DNA of 46,998 nt from Perkinsus olseni (taxonomy: Eukaryota). Where the stretch lies: contig JABANN010000254.1 in NCBI GenBank assembly GCA_013115125.1, forward strand, positions 1-46,998, read 5' to 3'. The notes under the pieces are model-generated. The model ran no database searches, had not been told where the DNA came from, and worked only from the letters and a program-made list of their open reading frames with translations. The translations under genes were made by a program, and so were the position numbers. Below, piece after piece: positions 34,665-46,998 of this stretch (the first letter of the stretch is position 1; each line of letters begins with the position of its first letter).

Positions 34665-37353
34665 TCATACATGGGTTGAATTACCGGCAGCAGCGCGATC
34701 ATCACACCGTGCTGTTGCTCCGATCTCGATACCAAAATGAGACAAAGCTTCGATAACCTTGCCAGGGCACTCCTGAACACAGACAATCTCTCTACCAGTA
34801 GGCTAGCCCTCTAACGTCTCACGCGTGTGGAGTAGTACTGTACCAGGAACGCCGTGGCCTTGCCCAAGTCCTCCGATCGAGCATTGTCCTCTATGAAGCG
34901 GCGCAGCAACTGAAGGATCAATGCTACTGTCGCAACAGGCTGATCTAACAAGCATCCCACCTCAGTGTACACCTCAGCCACTTTATCATCCTCTCCACGC
35001 ATTTGGTAGAGGCCCGCCAGCTTGGGCAGAATCTCCTTGTAGCATTCGGGCTCTACCCTTGGGCCCTTCCTGAAGATCCGCCACGCCTGCATAGAACGCA
35101 GATGGCACAGACGAGGCAGACCGCCCAGCTCACAGCCTCAAAACAAGTGATAGCCTCATCGTCAAAACACATACTCAGACAGCAATTACCCAACGACCTC
35201 CACCCGACCAACAACTCTGGCCTGCACGGGCAAACCCGGGAGAAGGATACACGAGCAATGTGGCGAACCACCTGAGCTCTACGGCCTTCCTGTAGTAGTA
35301 AGCGGCATAGTTCATATGCCCTTGAGCCTCATAGACCCTTCCCAATGCACACCACGCTCTGAGGAAGAAACTACCGAGTACATAGAGAGAATAACGAGCA
35401 GTACCCCATAGAGGTGGGGTCCAATTCCGTAGCCTCTCTGAGTGATTGAATAGCGGCAGCAGCGACGCCTTCCTGCATGAACCTAGTGATAATTCTACCC
35501 TAGGACAGGGGCCGGTGCTGCTACTCGTTCGCTATACACACCAATGCATTAACTTTCTCTGTTGGTGTTCTGTACAGCCGCATCGCCTTACGATAGTACG
35601 TGCTAGCGTTGGTAGTGTCTCCAGAAGAGCTAACAGGATACCATTCATACGCAGGTGTCCATCCGGACACAGGGCCGACCTATGATACACTCCCATCGCG
35701 AACATGGTCTCAGCTGCATACTGGTCTATGGCTAGGCACCGATGGGCCAGGGCTGCTAATTCCTTCGGTCGATCGAGGAGCTTCCTGACGGCCAAGTACC
35801 CAATGCCACGTGGTTGATGATGCGAGAGCGGTACAGCAAGCCCGCATAGATATCAGATCCCTGGACGGTGTCCCACTCCTGCAACTCCATGAAAGCCTCT
35901 CTGGCAGCCTCCAATTCCCCGCTCTCGTAAAGGCATATAGCCAGGTTTAAGGCTATGCCGAAATGCCGAGGATGTTTCTCATGGAGCTTGCGGAATCTGG
36001 TAGGGATCATTACCCCAGCCCCTAAACAGGGAGCGTACTTCCGGGCCGCCAGCCTCAAGAGAGGGACCTCTCCCGCCATTGCAGCATTGAGACCAGCCTG
36101 ACCAAGCATTCTCGCGAGGACTAGTGTTATCGTAGCGCACCTCGGCCGACATCTTGCAGGCTGTTGCCCAGGCCACCTCGGCCACAGTGGCCTTCCAAGC
36201 CTCGTCATTGGCGATGTGCAACTTCGACGACCCCACCAAAGACGTAAGGAATTCTTCCAGTGTACCACGCAGTCGTAGGAGATTCCCCTCCGATATTTCA
36301 CCTAGCATAGGAGTTCCGGGGCGCGCGGTAGTCACTGCGGTAGTGACCCTCTCGTAGCTCTAAGGCAGATATCTTCACTCTGCACTGTATCAATGCCTCC
36401 CATGCTGGGCATAGCAGTGGTGCCTTCGTCAGAGCTCGCGTGAATAAATGCATCGCCAGGCTCGGCCAGTCGTCTGTGGAGAAGTAGACAATACCAGTAC
36501 TCTCCCTACGCGCATAGCATTCTAGAGATGCCAGACGTGAAGTCCGCTCTGACTTCTCTCATCACCTGCCTCCCCATGCCATGGTATTTTTTTGCGGTCC
36601 ATCCACCAGGACATTAATAGCTGCCCGACATGGTAGGCGGCAATGGGGTCCAGCCGATCTAGATGCTTAGGTGTTGTGACGGCTTCAAGAAAGGACACCA
36701 AGTCCCTATTGAGAGGATTGAGCTCCTCTTGGTTGAGATGGGCCTCCTTCCTAGACACACATGTGACCGATCTCAGAGGACGAAGAGCAACTTACCCCTG
36801 GATCGCCAAGCATGTAAGGCTGGCGAAAAGGCTGACCATACCATCATTACCTGCGAGGATGGCCAAGGCTTCGAGGGCAGTACCATAGACAACAGCGAGG
36901 ACCACTGTGCATCCCTACCGCTCTGAAGGGGCTTGTGTATCCTCACTATCTTGCTGAGCGACTGTAGTGCTCGGCTGTAGTCACCCTTGGCCACTAGTGC
37001 CCATGCCCCGACCAAGGACTCCGATCCCTTAACATCTACCCGCGACAATGCGCCACAGCCACCGAGGAGCCATCCTACCTCCAAACCGATATAGATGTGG
37101 GGCGGCAGGCGTCGTGCAACAAACCCCAGAGGGCAAATCAAGGCCTTCCAACCACTAAATAGCAGAACTCAATATCATCACAGAGGAGGCGGCGAGAGGG
37201 ATTGACCACCTCAGCTGCCTCTGGCATCTGGCCCCGCTCTATGAGGATAAGTAATAATTCCCCGACTTGAATACTACTACTACTACCACTTCCTGCCTTA
37301 GAGACGCCCCTTAAAGAGGTCATCGAACTGCCGCCTCTCGTAGTGGGAGGCAT
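34665..37353 (-). CDS. CDC23: TPR-repeat anaphase-promoting complex subunit 8 (CDC23-like), multi-exon
   Basis: DIYAGLLY..ELAALAHRCLAIDQYAAET; AAIQSLREATELDP..AWCALGRVYE..MNYAAYYYRKAVELRP..WRSLGNC..EAITCF, matching the CDC23 TPR pattern. Confidence 0.75.
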
Positions 37354-37445
37354 GAACGCTAGCAGTAACAAAGACGGGTCCCGAGAGCCTCGGCCGAGGG
37401 GCAAACACAACGAAAGAATTCCGGTGTTGAGACTTGCTATTCCTA

Positions 37446-39291
37446 CTAGTCATCATCATCAACATCTAATTCAACTAGCATCATATTACAGGGGGCCTCC
37501 ATCTCCACTACAGCGACGTCGTCGAGCGGCATCGTTGAACGGGCATCCTCAAATTGGCGAAAAATTGAAGGCGTCGCTCCGCCACATTTTGGTAAATCAT
37601 ACATAGCCTCTTTCACCTTGTCCGTCTCCTCAGCGACAGAGGTTAGAAAATCATCAATCGAAGATACTCTGGGCATGTTCGCTACGAAGTAGGTCTCCGC
37701 AGGGACCTTATACCTGAGAGGGCACGTCAAGCTGGTCGTCCAGTGAGACGTAATAGCGTCACCAGTGAACTGCCCTTTTCCTCTCTTGCAGATACGCGAG
37801 GAGTGCAACTCGAGCTTCCTGGCTGTCAAGGAGCGCGTCTAGAACCGCTTCAAGATGCTCCCAAAGATCAGGACCTGATGAACAACCTCGATGCCCTATG
37901 AGATCATGATTCGGCAGAGGAGTGGTACTCGATAAATAATTCAAAACCAGAAACCTTAATCGATGATGACGCCGCATTTGGCCGGGTGGCTAGTCTGTAG
38001 GCCCCTGCCGAGCAGGTGCCCCCGTCCCCACCTGCTAGTTGCTCCGACTTCTCCAGGAACTCGATACCTCCCTCGAGGAAGGCCTCCTTTTCGGACGTGG
38101 ACGCCCTCCTTTTCTCTATAGCTCTTGTCGCTAATGATTCCTCCGCTGCCTGCCAAGAGCCACATACACCCAAACGTATCCATTGCGTATCTTCACGCAC
38201 TGCGAAGAATCTTCCGTCACCTGATTCCTAGCAAGATTCTCTTCCGCGAGCTGCTTTGCCTCGTTCAGTTCGAGCGTTGCGCTGTACAGTTCATAGTTGT
38301 GGTTTCTCATAGCCTCGGCAGCCTTGACAATATCAAACCTACCACGAAGCCGAAATATGTACCTCCGCCGAGGATCGAACCCGCGCCATCACATCACCCT
38401 CCTCACCCCTTATCCCGTACAAGACATGCTAGCTCTCCTAAATGGTCTCGTGAGAAGTCCTTCAGGTCAAGGCCAGCCGGTGGTCTCTCAGGTGGGGCTA
38501 CACCCTCCTCCAGTTTGATACTAGGCAACATCTCGGACGACGGCCGCGACTCCTCAAGCGTTCCCTACAGGTCCAAGGCTATCAGCCAACCCCAATCCCC
38601 CCATCCAGCCCACCTCCTTCTTGCACATTCGGCAGGTCTGCTCTTGCCCTGTACCATTTACAACGTAGATCCCCCTATCCTCGCATAGAGGGCACTGCGA
38701 CGAGTCCTCATCTCCCATACCATTACTCCCCGCGGAATGTTGTTGTTGCCTAACCCCCAAGGCTTGAATGAAAATAGGGCATATCTTCACCTCGGTCTTG
38801 GCCTAACCCGAAAACGGCCCCTACCAATTCAACAGCCTCGGGCGATCTCTACTCACCTTCTTTGGTGCAGGTTCCTCTACTTCCGGCGATACCTCTACTT
38901 GACAACTGACCGGAGAGCCTTGCGAGGAGTCCTGCAGCTCCACCACGTCCACCGTAGAGGACAAGGAGCAGACGTCGCCCCCCAGGGAAGGCTGGTGGCG
39001 CTGCTCTGCCAATGACTTCCGCATAGCCTCCCTCATCTCCTCCTCATCCCAGTCACCCCCGACCGCTGCCTCTACTGCAACCCCCTCTTCCCGCCTTGCG
39101 GGGTAGGAACTGCCGCTGGACGCACTACCCGAGGTTGACTCCTCATAATGCTGCAGTAATCGATCGATAAGCTCGTGTTTGCGAAGGCCACTGCTGCTCA
39201 GACCGATCGCCTTCATCCGTTCCTTCAGATCCACTACCTTGAGCCGAGTCAAGGCCTCTCTGGTGGTGGGGGGCCGCACACCGTTATCCAT
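37446..39291 (-). CDS. SAP-domain protein with UIM-like helix and C4 zinc-ribbon-like motif
   Basis: LTRLKVVDLKERMKAIGLSSSGLRKHELIDRL (SAP); EEEMREAMRKSLAE (UIM-like); CPLC-x16-CRMC. Confidence 0.7.
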
Positions 39292-39722
39292 GACAAGGCA
39301 GCCAAGGTGTGAAGAGGGATAAGAGGCTCGTTAATCCAAACACTGTCATAGGGAGACGAACCCATCTCGCTAGCTTCACGACACGCAACAGTCGCTCGTG
39401 CCAAGAAAACTACCCCTAAGTCCCAGCTGCAGGACGGACTACTGTGTTAGTCACAAGACTTGGAAGACCTATTACCCCTACAGCAATGGTACTGTGTACG
39501 AAAAGAGGTTGTTGACAGTCTCCATAAGGAGATGTAGCAGAAAGTTAACATCGACTAATACTACGACGATGACGACTACAGAATCGAGGACGACCGAGGG
39601 ACTGGTGCAAGATCGAAGGGAAAAACAATGTTGCCCGGCTTTCAGTGCTAACCTGCTGATAGAGAATCTGAAAGATGGCTACTCCCTCGAATGGTAGTGA
39701 TAAAAATCAAGTAACAGGACTA

Positions 39723-41860
39723 CTAATGGTTGGGGGCTTGATGAGTAAAGGCAGGGGCCACCGGATGGAGCAAAGTGGGGACTGATCCACCGGCGTCTAG
39801 CCCTAATTTTGCTACAGCCACCGTGACACCCTGCAAGGACCTCTTCCGACCTGATAACAATCAATCAGCGGCCGACAAGGCTGCCAAGGAAGAGCTACCT
39901 TTGTCAACGAACTGACTGGTAACCGAGCCAAGCTCGCCACAATCTGAGTTATGGCCTCCTCCAACTACTAGGATCGGTGGGGGTCGTGGTGGGGCTCTAT
40001 CGTAGCGAAACGACGATGAAGAGGAGGGAGGGCTCGATGGCTTCAGCAGTACTGAGTGGTAGGAAGATCTCACTATAGTTTCGAACCTAGTTGCTCCACG
40101 GAAAGGGTGAGGTTTGATAATCTGTTCGGATCTAACAAGTAGACGCCTGATGAATGACGAATGGTAATGAGTTATGACTGGTCGTGCGTTATCGTCCAAA
40201 TCGTGCCAGCCCGCTTGCTGTTTCTCACTAGCTCTAGTCATGCAACAAGTGCCGTCCATTCAGACCTGCACCCCTTCCTATAGCTTACTGCCGTTCCTCT
40301 CAGCCGTAGATAATAGTTCATCTTGCACATGCATCCTATCGGTCGGGTTGCCCATTTTTAGCGCAACCTTCACTCCTGGATGCTGCGCCTCCAACCTCTT
40401 CACCGTGTCCTGTACGGACTGCAATAACTGTGAACCTGTCGAACATGCGCCCTCCTGTCCAACAACGACCTCGTATGAAAAGCTACTCTTATATCCGATG
40501 GACAGGATATCCTCCTGTTGACCGAACTGCCACGGCTGGACTGGTATCTGCAGTGACCATCTTTAGTATCCTCTGTGTGCATCCTCCTCTTAATACATAA
40601 ATTATTGACACGTTGGCCCCTCTGCCGTCACCACCTGCCCTAGCCAGAGCGAACGCCATAGATAGCGCTCGGAGCGCCCCTTCCTGATCTCGAGCTCCTA
40701 CTCCCACTACGAACTGACAGCAGCAAGGACATATCCCAAGGTACCTCACCCTGATGTTGACATTACGTCGCGGACCGCCGAGGCCTTGAGTGCCAACTCC
40801 GATCGAGCGATAATAACATTACCAGCACATCGGGACACCTGCACGAATTGATAATGGTGGGGACGAAAGCTACCGCCCCTAACCATCTCTCGGTGTCTCG
40901 TGTTGGTCTTGCCCGAGTCCCCTATGACCAGAAAGCGGCAATGCCTTGACAACTCCGCCGCTATGGGGATGATGGAGGCACACGAGGGACGGACTGTTAT
41001 CTCGAACTCCACGGCAGGATTAACCTCCTGTGCCTGAGATCGCGTACCATGGCCACGGCGCACTCACTGAAGGGCTCCAGACCGGCCTACCCGTCTTATA
41101 GCTCGTATTGAAAAGTCCGCTGCCTGCTGAGGGGTCCCCTTATTAAAATGGACTCCCAGTACAGTGCGGCCGCTGGGAGTAAGCCGTAGACCCCAATCAA
41201 TTACACATTCCAAGTTCTCCGAGCTCAGCAAGAGAATCTACGAATCATCATGTCACGGGCAACTGAGGTAGACCGCCCCCACAAAATATCCCCCACCGCG
41301 TCGTCCATCGGATACACTCATAGTCGAAAATTGACTCATACCCACTCAAGCCAAGCCACGAGTGCGCCCATCACCGAATCTAATGCCCTCGAGTAATCAA
41401 TGCATCGGCAGTCGCCATGCGCCGGGGACGCAATGGAGGAGACGGATGGAGCATTACGAGATCAGGAGATTTGATATACCCCAATTTTCCCGTCCATTAC
41501 ACCTGATACTACGCCGGCACCCACTCACACTATAGTAGTCGGAGGATCTAGGAGGGTTGGGCTCGCCTAGCACTGCCCGAACTCCCAGCAGAGGATACCC
41601 CTGCTCCTGATCCGACCCACTCGACGCAAAACCTGTTAGCAATTGCCTTGATGGCTCCATCGTACCACAACACCTACTATTACTGTTCCCGCCCGTGTAG
41701 ACATCAGGCACTGTCACAACAGCGCTCGGGATCGGTCGTTGAAGAAGCGACCTCTCTGCCAATGCTAGACCAGCGGGCGACTCTCCGCGTCCATTCGCCT
41801 CTTCTGGTAATGCCACTGGCCGTTCGGTATCTTGCGGCAAGCTCAGTATATATCGCCATG
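39723..41860 (-). CDS. Tandem universal stress protein (USP)-like domain protein, paralog A
   Basis: FVVGVGARDQEGALRALSMAFALA; ILVVGGGH..ELGSVTSQFV..VAVAK; upstream second USP-like unit (FLVIGDSG..NVIIAR). Start uncertain. Confidence 0.65.
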
Positions 41861-42020
41861 AACCATGAACGACATGCGCTCATCAGAACGAGTACCGATC
41901 GATGCAGCTATGATCAACTCTGTCGAATAGACATCCTTCCCTCTCCCCCCCCCTCCAAAAATTATAGTAAGTCTCACGATGCACGAATTAACTTCGGAAA
42001 GATCGAACCGAAGAGTACCC

Positions 42021-44828
42021 CTACTGCTCACTTTGATGAGCTTCCTGTTGAAGGTCCTGACAATAGGGAGCAACGGGATGGTCCGCTGGGGATACCCGAT
42101 CCAGGCCGAGCTTGGCGACGGCTACGCTAACAGTATTAATGTTTCTACTCCGACCTGACAAGGTCAGCTTGAGTCGTCAGCATACCCACCGCTAGTACTA
42201 CTACCTTTGTCAACCATATGGCTTGCCACTGATCCGAGCTCCCCACTATCGATGTTATGACCACCTCCCAAAACAAGGAGAGGGGGGGACCGATACAGAC
42301 AACTGATACCACGACCCTCTTGAGAATCAGTGACACTTGGCAGTCTCAATTGAACTGACAAAACGAAACCTCCGATGGAGCTTCCTGGACACCTGCTCCC
42401 TACTGCCATTCCTCTCAGCAGTGGATACAAGTTCATGCTGCACGTGCATCCTGTCGGTTGGGTTGCCCATTTTAAGCGTAACCTTCACCCCAGGATACTG
42501 TGATTGAAGCCTAGCTATCTCATCTTGGACCGAGCTTAACAACTGCGTACCTGAGCGTCGAGTCTCAGTAGTTGACTCTAAGCCATGCAACTACTACTCT
42601 TATATCCGATGGACAGTATGTCCTCCTCCTGACCAAACTGCCACGGCTGGACTGGTATCTACACTCACCTAACTACAGCTGGTTAACCTATCATGTCCGT
42701 ACATATATGATATACACTCTAGCTCCTCTAGCTTCACCAGTAGTACTAGCGGCTAGAGCGAAGGCTATCGATAGTGCTCGACGTGCACCTTCCTGGTCTC
42801 TAGCACCAACTCCAACGACGAACTGAGGACAACTACACGTCAGTTGAGAAAGTATAATATTGTCCAGAAAATGTCCAAGAAAGACATCGGCCCATGTCAC
42901 TCACATCTCTTATAGGTGGTGCCTCGGCGGGAAGCTCACAACGAGCGATGACTACGTTACCCGAGCACCGTTCCACCTGGAAGATCGGAGCATCATTCAG
43001 AAGACAGTTGACTAATAGTAGGACTATCACCATCTCTTTGTATCGAGTATCCTTCCGTCCAGAATCTCCCATGACCAGTATCGAGCAATGCTTGGATAGC
43101 TCCACAGCTATCGGCACTATCGACGGGCATGGTGGGCGAATTGTCATCTCAAAATTCACGGAAGGGTTCACGTCTCTTGCCTGATAACAACAGATGACTT
43201 GACCCACTACAACGATACGGGACATATTATTTCACCCGGAGAATTTCTCACTGAGGACAATACACCATACGTCCGTGGGCGACTGAAGAGACGCTAGTTA
43301 CCCACTACAACAGCAAACTTCTTTGGACTCTAGTGTTCTGCGATATCACGGCTTCACTAGGCTGATACCATCTTTCCCCATACTCACACAGCCTCATACA
43401 TCCTACCGGGCTATAGTCACTACAGTACAGTGGGCCCGAAATGATGAACTCCCATAATTACTACCCGTCTCCTCGCGGACATGTAGACCTCAGCTGCCTG
43501 TGCTTCACTCCCTTTATTAAAATGAATCGCTAATACGTTCTTCCCTCTACCAACCAGTCTCAGCCCCCAATCTACAACTATCTTCCAGTTCTCAGAACTC
43601 AATAATAAAATCTGAGATAGCGCCATCCAGCACGCCCGACAGCAACAAGCCTGGTTCGACCCACCGCGTGATAATCAGATAAATTCGGTGGAGTGGGATC
43701 CCGAAGAATGGATCGCACCCCAAGGAGCGGTAACCGCTCTCGTTCACTGTCAGTAGTACAGTTACCTGAGCAGACCACAGAATGCAAACCAGCGTCCTAC
43801 GTCGTTCTGCTACTACGTTCGGCGCATATGCTGACAACGCTCTTGTCCAGCCCACCACCGCCACCAGTGCTAGCCTCGAAGAAGCCTGCTCGGCGGGGCA
43901 CCCGTCTGAGCATCTCCAGCAGACGTTCCACAGAGGTCAGGAGTATATCGGATCTTTTGGATGGAGTGGTAGGAGCCTTCGCAGTAGTGGCTCTATCATT
44001 CAGTCGCAACAGACCGAAGGGGAGTGATATTATCTAACCCATGAAAATGCTGCCACCACGACGGCGTTCCGATGCCTACCTGATTCTCCCTAGCAAGCAA
44101 ATCACTAAGTGACGTTCGGTTAGGACAGAGGGACTGGAAAAAACACCAAAAGTTTCTCATGATGCTCACCTACTCCCATGAGAAAGACTTACCAAGCTTT
44201 CAACCGGCGATCCCCGCAGTTGCGGCGGTAGCCAAGTGACGTTACCGTCCTCTCTCTTGAATAGCGAGCGGATGCATCCACACCTTGTCCGCACAGATTT
44301 CCTTATTTCACCACCAAAGCTGACCTCTTCGTGAAGAGTATCTCCAGCGGCATTAGTCTCAACGGAAGAGAGTTCACACAAATGCAAGAGACCGATCGTG
44401 AAGGTAGGAGAACCTTCGACAACGCCTGAGGAAGCCCAGCCAAACTGATACAAAAATCGCAAACCGACTCCCGCAGTACATCGCCGCTTCGACCTTAGCA
44501 TAAACTCTATTCCATTCTTTATGGCATCCTCACTTTTCTCCTGGGCACCACACACCACCACAATCAGCACTCTCGAGGGGAAGTTCATATCAAAGCGTTG
44601 ACGAGATGGAAGGATATAAAACGACGGCTGCTTCCCTTCGCCAGCCTGCTGCTGCTGCTGCTCTTCGCCAACACCTGACCGACATACTACAACACAACAT
44701 CCCCTCCAAACCACCGCCTTACCACTCCTCTCATCACTGAGCTGTTCCTTGAACAGCCCTTCACAAGGACTGCCAGTTGCCGTGGACGATACACTAAGAC
44801 TACTCGGTCGTAAAGGCTTTGGTTCCAT
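42021..44828 (-). CDS. Tandem USP-like domain protein, paralog B, with long N-terminal extension
   Basis: Exon-by-exon homology with paralog A. The 44166-44861 ORF splices in frame via a 54-nt exon (44080-44133) into the USP-like region. Confidence 0.65.
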
Positions 44829-45062
44829 ACTAATCCTGATACACATCACCATTAACCGCACTCACTAATAACACAACACTACCAACTCAAATTGAAAAGT
44901 GTTTCCTGACCACTAGCGTCCCGCATACGGCAGCACTGTTACCATCCACACGAATACGTTCTCTTTTAGGACAGTAAAAAAGTATCACAACACTCCTACT
45001 GATGCTCGTGCTGCTGTATAACAATGAGATCTCATGAGATAAACATTTGGGCTTGATACTTC

Positions 45063-46642
45063 TTACAGCTCCTCGCCCTTCTCAGCTTCAGGCTCCTCCT
45101 TCTCGGCAGCCTTAGAAGCAGCAAGACGTTCCTTCAAACCATCAGAGTTAGAGTGATGCTTCTTGATCCACTTCCAGATGCCCTTAGCATCGCGAGGGCC
45201 ATCGTACTTCACAGGCTCGCTCTCACCAGCCTTCACGTAGTAGAGAGTCGGAAAACCATCCCATGAGATGCTCTCAACAGGAGAATCGTTGGCGGTACCA
45301 TCCATCTTGGCGAGAACAACCATATCCTCAACACCCTCCTTCACAATCTTCTTAGCAACCTTCTCGTACTCAGGAGCGAGCTGCTTGCAGTGACCACACC
45401 AAGGAGCATAGATCTCGAAAAGCACATCCTTATCAGCCTGGAAAACATCATCCTGAAGAGTGGATCCCACAACCACATGGACGGGCTCATCCTGAGACTC
45501 GGGAACTGGCTCAGATTTCAGAGTAGGCTCAATGGTGCCATCAAGAACACCCTTGAGGAACTCTGAGACCTTCGGGACAGTCATCTCACCAGTGTAAAGA
45601 TACTTCATCTTATCACCAGCCTTCTTGTTGACGGCAAGAGTAGGGAACTCGGTAACACCAAGCATACCCTCGATAGCACTCTTGAACTGGACAGTATCAA
45701 TATAGGTGAAAGCGAACTGCTCCTTAAATTCCTTGGCGAGCTCGTTCATCAGAGGGCGATGCTCATCGGCAACCTTCTCGAGATCATCGCTGGACTCCTG
45801 CTCAAAGCAGCCCCAGACCAGACCCTTACTGGAAGACATGTACTTACCGTACGACTCACCATCAAGGGCACCGAACAAGGGGAGCTCGTTGTTATCAAGG
45901 CACTTCTTGAGGCCGTCCGAGGTCAAGTCATCGCAAACAACAGCTTCCTCACCCTTGTGCTGGACGGTGACGGTAGGCTTTTCAGCGTCCGTGGCAACAT
46001 GGTAGAAGGTGAAATCACTTCTCTTCCTCGAGGCGATATCCTCAAAGTCAGTGGAAGCCTCCCGTCCCTCGTAAACACAGACAGGCTTCACGCCGGCTTC
46101 CTCCTCGGCCAACTTGCGGCTACTGATCTCCTTCACAGCAGGGCCAGTCATATCAATGCACCAGCTCTTGATCTCAGCAGCAGTACGTCCACCACCGTAC
46201 TCAGACTCCTCACCGTCAACGAACCAGAAGAGAGTAGGGTAGCCTCGGATGTTGTACTTCTCGGCCATCTTCTTGTGCTCGGTGGCATCGATCTCACCGA
46301 GAGCAACCTTCTCCTCGCCAACCTCCTCGGCAAGCTCAGTGGCGGCCTGCTCGAACTCGGGGGCAATCTTCTTACAGTGGCCGCACCACGGAGCGTAGAA
46401 CTTCACCAAGGCGTATCTGAGGGGGAAACACTACTACCCAGAGTAGAGATAAAACACGATCAATCAGTGATCAGCGATCAGAATCTCAAAATCTGTGATC
46501 TTTGCGCAGCAGCCCTTCCCTACTTGTGCGTCTTTACGAAGTCCTCCATGTTGTCATCAGTCAACTGATGGACCTTCGACTCCGACTCGGCGGCGAACGC
46601 CACGGCAACGATCGCTGCGAAAAAGCTGAAGAATTTTACCAT
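45063..46642 (-). CDS. PDI: Protein disulfide isomerase (a-b-b'-a')
   Basis: Signal peptide MVKFFSFFAAIVAVAFA; intron 46417-46523; two APWCGHCK active sites; C-terminal GEEL ER-retrieval signal. Confidence 0.98.
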
Positions 46643-46932
46643 TAGAGACGATAAAAAGTTGTCCTAAAAGACGCAACATGTAAACATGCACGCCCGGAAA
46701 GATTCTCTGAACTAATGCCCAGAACACCTGACCGTAAAGGTCTCCATGAGGGTCATGCCATAGCGCTAGTAGCATTCCAACACAATCATTGAGTTCACAA
46801 TGGACTTTCAACCGTCATGTAGTGAACAGCAACTAAGGATGTGACGCGAGAATGAACGCGTGCACCGGAAGATCGCGCTCGCCCGGAGTATCTTCGTTAG
46901 ATACGGTAGCTTCACGCACCTCCAAGGCCGGT

Positions 46933-46998
46933 ACTTTCGCGCGCCCGAAAAACACTTTCGGCTCCCAAAAAATCCTTTCAGTGCCCGAAAAGTTCTTT
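46933..46998. repeat. Imperfect 20-21 bp tandem repeat upstream of PDI
   Basis: CTTTC..CCCRAAAA units starting at 46934, 46955, 46975, with a fourth CTTT at 46995. Confidence 0.7.

Noticed and set aside
38363-38390. T-arm-like GCGGGTTCGATCCTCG on the minus strand
   Set aside because: Lies within the SAP gene body with no A box or other tRNA arms.
39672-39682. 11-nt minus-strand match (GTAGCCATCTT) to the Perkinsus-type spliced leader
   Set aside because: Lacks the GGCTCAAG 3' end and lies ~380 nt from the next start codon; compatible with chance.
45759-46568. 269-aa + strand ORF
   Set aside because: Antisense shadow of the codon-biased PDI gene.

Overview
Gene-dense eukaryotic DNA with many short (~45-60 nt) GT-AG introns, so the ORF track mostly shows exon fragments. 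Intron style, a PDI ending in GEEL and a nuclear plastid-targeted SufC indicate a myzozoan alveolate, most consistent with Perkinsus (inference). About 18-19 protein genes lie in four same-strand blocks. Block 1 (+): WDR75/UTP17, an EF-hand protein, glycine cleavage T protein and a giant coiled-coil protein. Block 2 (-): a delta/zeta-class tubulin, a DUF1749 hydrolase, a secreted methyltransferase-like protein and a CCCH zinc-finger protein. Block 3 (+): Yos1, a DEAD-box helicase and tRNA-Ala(AGC). Block 4 (-): a highly divergent beta-like tubulin, a hypothetical gene, SufC, CDC23, a SAP-domain protein, two tandem USP-domain paralogs and PDI. Main signals worth follow-up: (1) several abnormally long introns (230-370 nt) that fold with sense-strand G.U pairs, candidate intronic structured RNAs in GCVT, SufC and Yos1; (2) degenerate tRNA-like A/B-box elements at both divergent strand switches; (3) two non-canonical tubulins; (4) a dinoflagellate-style tripartite plastid leader on SufC. 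Gene models were assembled by eye and boundaries are approximate.
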